From an uncultured Eubacterium sp. (GTDB lineage Bacteria > Bacillota > Clostridia > Lachnospirales > Lachnospiraceae): DNA of 64,000 nt. Position numbers and translations under genes: made by a program. This document shows, in pieces, positions 58,232 to 64,000 of this stretch (position 1 is the stretch's first letter; each line of letters opens with the position of its first letter). The stretch lies in the NCBI GenBank assembly GCA_900547255.1, contig URGC01000001.1, positions 308 to 64,307 of the forward strand, given 5' to 3'. The notes under the pieces were generated by a model. That model ran no database searches. It was not told the origin of the DNA and saw only the letters and a program-made list of their open reading frames with translations.

Positions 58232-59089
58232 TTATGAATGATATGGGGCAAGCTTTCTAAGGTTGTCCAGAACTTCATAAGGAACGAACAATTTTCCTGT
58301 GCCAGTTCCAAGCTGGATGTGCGGCTTGTTGGCACCGTGGAAATCAGAACCGCCCGATATAAGCAGATTGTATTCTTTTGCAAGATTACGCATCTGGATT
58401 TCATCTCCCATAGAATAAGTAGAATATATCGCTTCAAGTGCCTGGATTCCATTATCACAGAGATAATCCATAAGCTTGTGCATTGCGGCTGTACCGAGGT
58501 GATAAAGAACCGGGTGAGCGAGTATTGCAACACCGCCAACACTGTGTATAAGTTCAATCGCCTCTTTTGGCGTAATTTTTTTCCTGTCAACATAGCATGG
58601 ACCGTGGTCGCCTATATATCTGTCAAATGCTTCGTTGCGGTCACGTACATATCCTTTCTTCAGAAGGTAGTCTGCAAAATGTGCCCTTGTTATGACAGAA
58701 CCGGCATACATTGACTTCATTTCTTCATATGATACATCAATTCCGATATCTTTAAATTTTTCACACATCTTGATATTTTTATTCTCACGTCCATCACGGA
58801 ACGTGTCTAATCGTCTGTTAAAATCAGGATTCTCATAATCAATGAATAATCCAACGATATGTATCTCCTTTTTTTCATAAAATGTAGAAAGCTCGATACC
58901 GGGAATAAGCTCAATGCCTGCTTTGTCTGCGGCTTCAAGCCCTTCTTTGACACCACTTACTGTATCGTGATCGGTAAGCGCAATGGCTGAAAGTCCTTTG
59001 CTTACAGCTTCGGAAACAAGCATTGATGGTGTAAATGTTCCATCTGAAAATGTTGAATGAACGTGTAAATCTATCTGTTTCATATGCAA
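58232..59089 (-). CDS. PHP-domain phosphoesterase
   Basis: N-terminal DLHVHSTFSDG PHP motif. RBS GGAGGG. Confidence 0.75.
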   Translation of the reverse strand: MHMKQIDLHVHSTFSDGTFTPSMLVSEAVSKGLSAIALTDHDTVSGVKEGLEAADKAGIELIPGIELSTFYEKKEIHIVGLFIDYENPDFNRRLDTFRDGRENKNIKMCEKFKDIGIDVSYEEMKSMYAGSVITRAHFADYLLKKGYVRDRNEAFDRYIGDHGPCYVDRKKITPKEAIELIHSVGGVAILAHPVLYHLGTAAMHKLMDYLCDNGIQALEAIYSTYSMGDEIQMRNLAKEYNLLISGGSDFHGANKPHIQLGTGTGKLFVPYEVLDNLRKLAPYHS

Positions 59090-59230
59090 AAGCCCTCCGT
59101 ATCTATCATATATGAAGATTTTAAACTCTGCATTTCAATAAGTCAAATTAAGGCTTTAAATTGTAGTAAACAGTTGTATTTTTCTCTGGTAAAGGTTAAA
59201 ATATCAATTGATTTATATTTAGTTGGAAGG

Positions 59231-59785
59231 ATGGTGCAGGAATTGGCAAGAGAGCTTGTAATAGGTGGATTTTACAGACATTTTAAGAATAAACTATATC
59301 AGGTTAAAGGAATTGCATATCATTCAGAAACTAAAGAAAAAATGGTTGTATATCAGGCAATGTATGGCGATTATTCACTGTATGTAAGACCATATGATAT
59401 GTTTTTGAGTGAAGTTGACCATGCCAAATATCCAGATGTAACACAGAAGTATTGTTTTCAGGAGACAACGCCGGCAGAATTTGAAGCACAGGTAGTTAAA
59501 GATAAGCCTGTTTCAGTGTTATCAGATATCAAATCAGATTCAGATGATGATACTGCTTCAAAAAAGCCAGATAAGATACTTATGGATTTCCTTGATATAG
59601 ATACATATCAGGAGAAGTTGAAGTATATAGATATTGTCAGGGATAGATTGGATGACAAGATTATAGATGCGATGGCTGCATCATTAGATGTCGAGGTGCC
59701 AGAGGGCAGTCTTGATAAGAGATACCAGTCTTTAAAGCAGGTTATATCAGCACACGCAAAATATGAGTGCACAAGATTAAGATGA
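59231..59785 (+). CDS. DUF1653-domain protein with acidic C-terminal extension
   Basis: ORF 59084..59785; ATG 59231. YRHFKNKLYQV...VVYQAMYGDY...WVRP-type DUF1653 core. Confidence 0.6.
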   Translation: MVQELARELVIGGFYRHFKNKLYQVKGIAYHSETKEKMVVYQAMYGDYSLYVRPYDMFLSEVDHAKYPDVTQKYCFQETTPAEFEAQVVKDKPVSVLSDIKSDSDDDTASKKPDKILMDFLDIDTYQEKLKYIDIVRDRLDDKIIDAMAASLDVEVPEGSLDKRYQSLKQVISAHAKYECTRLR

Positions 59786-59894
59786 TAATGTTAAATAAAT
59801 AAGCTTTTGTACCTGTACAAAAAGCTTTTTGATTTGACATCAATAAATATTAAATTATATCTGGTGTGGTGTCTGCCGCATCAGGACGGAGGTT

Positions 59895-60929
59895 ATGATG
59901 AATATAACAGTATTAGCAGGTGGAACAAGTACAGAGAGAGATGTATCGATTGTATCGAGCAGGCTTATCTGCCAGTCACTTAGAAGAAATGGACATAAGG
60001 CTAACATTATAGATGTATTTCTTGGAACAGATAAATATGAAGATGCAGAGAGCTTCTTCAATGATAATAATGACCTTGATAAGCTGACAGATGAGCTGGC
60101 AAAGGAAACGGCGAATATAGCTGATTATGAAAATGCAAGGGCAGAGGCAGGAGAAGGATTTATCGGACCTAAGGTTTTAGAATTCTGCAAGGCTTCTGAT
60201 ATTGTATTCATCGGACTTCATGGGGCTAATGGCGAGGATGGTAAGCTTCAGGCGATGTTTGACCTTATGAATATCAGATATACAGGTACTGGATATCTTA
60301 GCAGTGCTATATCTATGGATAAGCAGTACACTAAGAAGGTATTTACAACAGAGGGTATTCCTACACCTAAGGGAATAACATTAAAGAAGGGACATAAGAT
60401 TGAATATGTGCCATTCCCATGTGTAGTTAAACCATGCTGTGGTGGTTCAAGCGTAGGCGTATCTATAGTTAATGATGAGAAAGAATTTCAGAAAGCTGTA
60501 GACATGGCATTTGCGCTTGAGGACAGCATCCTTGTTGAGGAATATATAAGCGGTGGCGAATTTACATGTGGAGTACTTGATGGAAAGGCACTTCCAGTCG
60601 TTCAGATTGAGCCGCTTGATGGATTCTATGATTATAAGAACAAATATAATGGCAAGACTAAGGATACATGTCCAGCCAATATATCAAAGGAACTCACAGA
60701 GAAAATGCAGTATTGGGCACAGAAGGCATGTGAGGCTGCTGGTGTCACAACATATGCAAGAGTTGATGAGCTTGTCAATGAGGATGGAGATATATACTGT
60801 CTTGAGATTAATACTCTTCCGGGAATGACTCCAACAAGCCTTCTTCCACAGGAAGCGGCAGCAGTTGGCATGAGTTATGATGAGCTTACAGAGAAGATAA
60901 TTCAGGTATCATTAGCAAAATATGAATAA
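59895..60929 (+). CDS. ddl: D-alanine--D-alanine ligase
   Basis: ATP-grasp Ddl motifs. Directly upstream of murF. Confidence 0.95.
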   Translation: MMNITVLAGGTSTERDVSIVSSRLICQSLRRNGHKANIIDVFLGTDKYEDAESFFNDNNDLDKLTDELAKETANIADYENARAEAGEGFIGPKVLEFCKASDIVFIGLHGANGEDGKLQAMFDLMNIRYTGTGYLSSAISMDKQYTKKVFTTEGIPTPKGITLKKGHKIEYVPFPCVVKPCCGGSSVGVSIVNDEKEFQKAVDMAFALEDSILVEEYISGGEFTCGVLDGKALPVVQIEPLDGFYDYKNKYNGKTKDTCPANISKELTEKMQYWAQKACEAAGVTTYARVDELVNEDGDIYCLEINTLPGMTPTSLLPQEAAAVGMSYDELTEKIIQVSLAKYE

Positions 60930-60940
60930 ATTGGAGTGTT

Positions 60941-62326
60941 ATGAAGAATTTAACTATTAAATCTGTTACAGAGGCAGTCGGCGGAACATATTATGGGGAT
61001 GAATCTTTTGAATCTCAGGAGATAAGCATGATTACTATAGACAGCCGTAAAATTGAAAAAAACGGACTTTTTATAGCAATCAAAGGCGAACGCAGTGACG
61101 GACATGATTATATTAAAGGATGCCTTGATAATGGTGCTCTTGCTGTCATATCAGAACATGTTATAGAGGATGAGAAACGTCCTGTAATAGTAGTGGAATC
61201 AAGTCTTAAAGCATTAAGGGATCTGGCTGCATTTTACAGAAGCCAGCTTGATATTAAGGTTGTAGGCATAACAGGAAGTGTAGGCAAGACCAGTACGAAA
61301 GAGACAATTGCCTCAGTCCTTGCAACAAAGTATCGTGTTTTAAAGACAGCGGGTAATTTTAATAATGAAATCGGACTTCCACTTACAGTATTCAGACTTA
61401 CAGAGGATAATGAGGTTGCAGTCCTTGAGATGGGAATCAGCAATTTCGGTGAAATGAGCAGACTTACAGCGATTGCAAGACCAGATATAAGTGTTATCAC
61501 TAATATAGGTCAGTGCCACCTTGAAAATCTCGGCACACGCGATGGAATATTAAAGGCAAAGACAGAGATATTTGAGGGAATGAATTCGGATGGAATTGCT
61601 GTACTTAACGCTGATGATGATAAGCTTATAACAATCGACAGTGTATGTGGCAAAAAGCCGGTTCATTTTGGTATAGATAACAAGAGTGGAATATATGCCA
61701 AGGATATACAGAGTAAAGGTCTGCTTGGAACAGATGCTATACTTTGCAATGTTCCATGTGCAGACGGCGTTAATGAATTTCCAATAACAATATCAGTGCC
61801 AGGCTCGCATATGGTATATAATGCGATGGCAGCAGCAGCCGTAGGAGCACTGCTTGGACTTACATCAGCACAGATTGCAAAGGGAATTGCTGATATGAAT
61901 ACAATTGCCGGTCGTAACCACATAATTAAGACAGAGCATTTTGTGATTCTTGATGACTGTTACAATGCCAATCCGGTATCAATGAAATCTTCGATTGATG
62001 TTTTAGCACTTGCCAAAGGAAGAAAGGTATGCATACTTGGTGATATGTTTGAGCTTGGCAGTGATGAGGTTAAGCTTCATAACGAGGTTGGACAGTATCT
62101 TGAAGGCAGGAACATAGATGTTCTTATGACTGCCGGAAAGCTTTCATATAACATAGCAGAAGGCGCAAAACAGGCTGGTGCATCAACTAAAGTTTATTCA
62201 TTTGATACAAGAGATGAGCTTATAGCAAAGCTTCCAGAGGTGTTAAAGGATGGCGACAATATATTAGTCAAGGCATCACACGGAATGGAATATCCAGCTA
62301 TTGTAAAATATCTGGAAGAATATTAA
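60941..62326 (+). CDS. murF: UDP-N-acetylmuramoyl-tripeptide--D-alanyl-D-alanine ligase
   Basis: Mur ligase P-loop GITGSVGKTSTKE and Mur ligase C domain. Confidence 0.95.
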   Translation: MKNLTIKSVTEAVGGTYYGDESFESQEISMITIDSRKIEKNGLFIAIKGERSDGHDYIKGCLDNGALAVISEHVIEDEKRPVIVVESSLKALRDLAAFYRSQLDIKVVGITGSVGKTSTKETIASVLATKYRVLKTAGNFNNEIGLPLTVFRLTEDNEVAVLEMGISNFGEMSRLTAIARPDISVITNIGQCHLENLGTRDGILKAKTEIFEGMNSDGIAVLNADDDKLITIDSVCGKKPVHFGIDNKSGIYAKDIQSKGLLGTDAILCNVPCADGVNEFPITISVPGSHMVYNAMAAAAVGALLGLTSAQIAKGIADMNTIAGRNHIIKTEHFVILDDCYNANPVSMKSSIDVLALAKGRKVCILGDMFELGSDEVKLHNEVGQYLEGRNIDVLMTAGKLSYNIAEGAKQAGASTKVYSFDTRDELIAKLPEVLKDGDNILVKASHGMEYPAIVKYLEEY

Positions 62327-62367
62327 ATATAATCTAATTCATTAAAATGTAATGACAGGAGGTACAT

Positions 62368-62709
62368 ATGAGAGGTGTTAAAAAATCTTTAGCGTTAATT
62401 ATATCGCTTATGTTAGTTATAGGTCTTGCTGCATGCGGCGGCAAAGCCAAGACATATTCAATCATAGGAACATGGAAATCCGACAATGGAAAGATAAGTG
62501 AGATAACATTTAACGAAGACGGAACAGGAATCCTTAAAAAGAGCAGTGAGATAATAGTAAACTTTACATACACATCACAGGATGATAAAGTCACAGTTAC
62601 AACAGAAGTTCTCAATCAGAAGTCATCTACAGAATACACATATACAGTAACTGAGGATAAACTTACACTCACCAACGATTACGAGACTACAGAATACAGT
62701 AGGCAGTAA
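62368..62709 (+). CDS. Small lipoprotein of unknown function
   Basis: Signal peptide plus lipobox LAACGG. RBS AGGAGG. Confidence 0.5.
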   Translation: MRGVKKSLALIISLMLVIGLAACGGKAKTYSIIGTWKSDNGKISEITFNEDGTGILKKSSEIIVNFTYTSQDDKVTVTTEVLNQKSSTEYTYTVTEDKLTLTNDYETTEYSRQ

Positions 62710-62713
62710 ATAA

Positions 62714-62775
62714 ATTGCCCCAAGGACTGAGAGGCAGCCAGTTACAGACAGCCTCTCAGTCCTTGGGGCAATTTG
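62714..62775. terminator. Bidirectional terminator with 21-bp stem
   Basis: TTGCCCCAAGGACTGAGAGGC / GCCTCTCAGTCCTTGGGGCAA. The right arm overlaps the last codons of the convergent gene. Confidence 0.6.
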
Positions 62776-63586
62776 GATTGATGTTATTGAGATAGTTTCT
62801 GAAATTCTTAGAAAGCCGTATGCTGTTATAGATTGATGCGTACTGTATATGTGACAGTTCGTCAATGTAATTAGTCTCATATGTCACATCTGTTTTATCT
62901 GAGAGGAGTGCGACAGCTTTGTTATACGCAATTGCTGCATACAGTTCGCTCTGATAATTGCCGAGTATGAAATTACCATTGATGTGTATATACGCCTGAT
63001 ATAGCGTATGTCCTTTTTTTTCAATTTTTCTGACACCGCAGAATCTGTTGATTACACGGATGTTTTCATAGCGGTAATCCCTTGAATCTCCATTGACATA
63101 TATGTAATCCCTTCCTTTGACGGAATGTGCACGTATTCCGTATCTGTTAAGGATGCTTGTCTGCATTCCGTAGTCATTGACATAGTAATATCCTCCTCTT
63201 GATATTATTCTGTGATTAGAATAATAGAATAAATCATCCGTGTTAAATATAAGAACATTATTCTCAGCAAGAAAATATAAGAAAAATCTATCACAAAGAT
63301 ATATAGGAGTCTTTATGTACATGCCATTATCCCTGTAGTTGATAAGTGTTATATATTTGTGGAATGGTATGGATAATTCATCAGAATAAGATGTCACATG
63401 GAGGTCTTCATTGATGTAGTGTGATGAAGTGTCATTGAGTATGGCAATGGCTTCATCATAGACCCTGGAAGCTGTTGTTATATCATCAAAGCTTCCAAGA
63501 CTTATGTGTTTATTTTTGTGAGTTATTGAAACTCTGTAGTATTCTGTATTGCCTTTTTTCTTAGCTATATATACACCAGTAGGCAT
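62756..63586 (-). CDS. AP2-domain / HNH-like (homing-endonuclease-type) protein
   Basis: Two AP2/integrase-type DNA-binding-like segments (YRVSITHKNKHISLGSFDDITTASRVYDEA; YQAYIHINGNFILGNYQSELYAAIAYNKA) and a central HNH/NUMOD-like region. GGGAGG precedes ATG 63586. Confidence 0.55.
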   Translation of the reverse strand: MPTGVYIAKKKGNTEYYRVSITHKNKHISLGSFDDITTASRVYDEAIAILNDTSSHYINEDLHVTSYSDELSIPFHKYITLINYRDNGMYIKTPIYLCDRFFLYFLAENNVLIFNTDDLFYYSNHRIISRGGYYYVNDYGMQTSILNRYGIRAHSVKGRDYIYVNGDSRDYRYENIRVINRFCGVRKIEKKGHTLYQAYIHINGNFILGNYQSELYAAIAYNKAVALLSDKTDVTYETNYIDELSHIQYASIYNSIRLSKNFRNYLNNINPNCPKD

Positions 63587-63604
63587 ATATCCTCCCAAAT
63601 GTGT

Positions 63605-64000
63605 TTATTTGAATGTGTTTCGGTATTCTCCGGCAGTGTTAAAAAGATTTTTTATGTAATTGCTGCATTCTGCATCAGAATCAGATTTGATGTGTGTGCG
63701 GATTGTCTCAAGTTCTTCTATATATTTGTCGAGAAGCTGGCTTATAGCATCTCTGTTAGAAACACATATCTGTTCCCACATCTCAGGTGATGAGGCGGCG
63801 ATACGTGTTGTGTCCTTGAATCCACCGGCTGCAAGCGTGTGCATATGCATGTCCCTGTCATCATTATCATGAACCATCATGGCAAGAGCGGCAGAGGCAA
63901 GGTGAGGCACATGGCTTATACCAGCAACTGCATAATCATGTTCTTTACAGTCCATTATAACAGGAACAGCTTCAAGTTCTCTAATCATATCACACATTTC
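63605..64000 (-). CDS. tyrA: Prephenate dehydrogenase, C-terminal part (gene continues past window end)
   Basis: TyrA C-terminal dimerisation-domain motifs (HVPHLASAAL, RIAASSPEMW). The stop is at 63605. Confidence 0.8.
   Translation of the reverse strand, partial: EMCDMIRELEAVPVIMDCKEHDYAVAGISHVPHLASAALAMMVHDNDDRDMHMHTLAAGGFKDTTRIAASSPEMWEQICVSNRDAISQLLDKYIEELETIRTHIKSDSDAECSNYIKNLFNTAGEYRNTFK

Noticed and set aside
1-64000. CRISPR arrays, tRNA or rRNA genes, integrases/transposases
   Set aside because: I found no regularly spaced direct repeats, no cloverleaf-compatible 70-90-nt segments with a conserved GTTC/T-loop, and no recombinase or transposase-like ORFs.

Overview
This is a low-GC Firmicutes (Clostridia/Lachnospiraceae-like) chromosomal segment. 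It has AGGAGG-type RBSs, a dense + strand bias and many intrinsic terminators. I found no rRNA, tRNA or CRISPR.

The housekeeping blocks are:
- amidase(SPOR)/PG-binding protein
- infC-rpmI-rplT with an AUU-start infC and an L20-type leader/attenuator
- PIN-PhoH, HD, dut and nrdG
- relA, MBL, hemZ-like, HD-GYP, aspS, an MCP and glyA
- argG divergent from argC-argB-argD (no argJ)
- rlmI-like
- pheA
- purO plus a stand-alone AICARFT (split PurH)
- Cof, PHP, DUF1653, ddl-murF
- the 3' end of tyrA

The accessory content worth a second look is:
- a 13-kb cobamide salvage/remodeling operon with no recognisable B12 riboswitch: CbiR-like TIM-barrel, DUF1294, Cys-rich small protein, BtuFCD-like importer whose ATPase carries a C-terminal extension, cbiA-cobT-cobU-cobS, a truncated CobU-like paralog, cobC-cbiB-cobD-cobQ
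- a compositionally distinct, more GC-rich ~6.7-kb island carrying KtrB/KtrA and an N-terminally truncated KdpD-like/KdpE pair without kdpFABC, plus small unknown ORFs and an A8 tract that disrupts the likely start of one gene
- an AP2-domain/HNH-like homing-endonuclease-type gene wedged next to tyrA

The most unusual signal is a ~220-bp highly structured palindromic element present twice (26701-26920 and 57079-57297). The ~150-bp core is conserved, including identical 33-mer and 15-mer runs and a compensatory base-pair change. The outer 37-38-bp perfect stems differ completely between the two copies. Both copies lie in intergenic DNA between co-directional genes. Similar 'empty' long perfect palindromes occur at 44275-44355 and 37717-37778.
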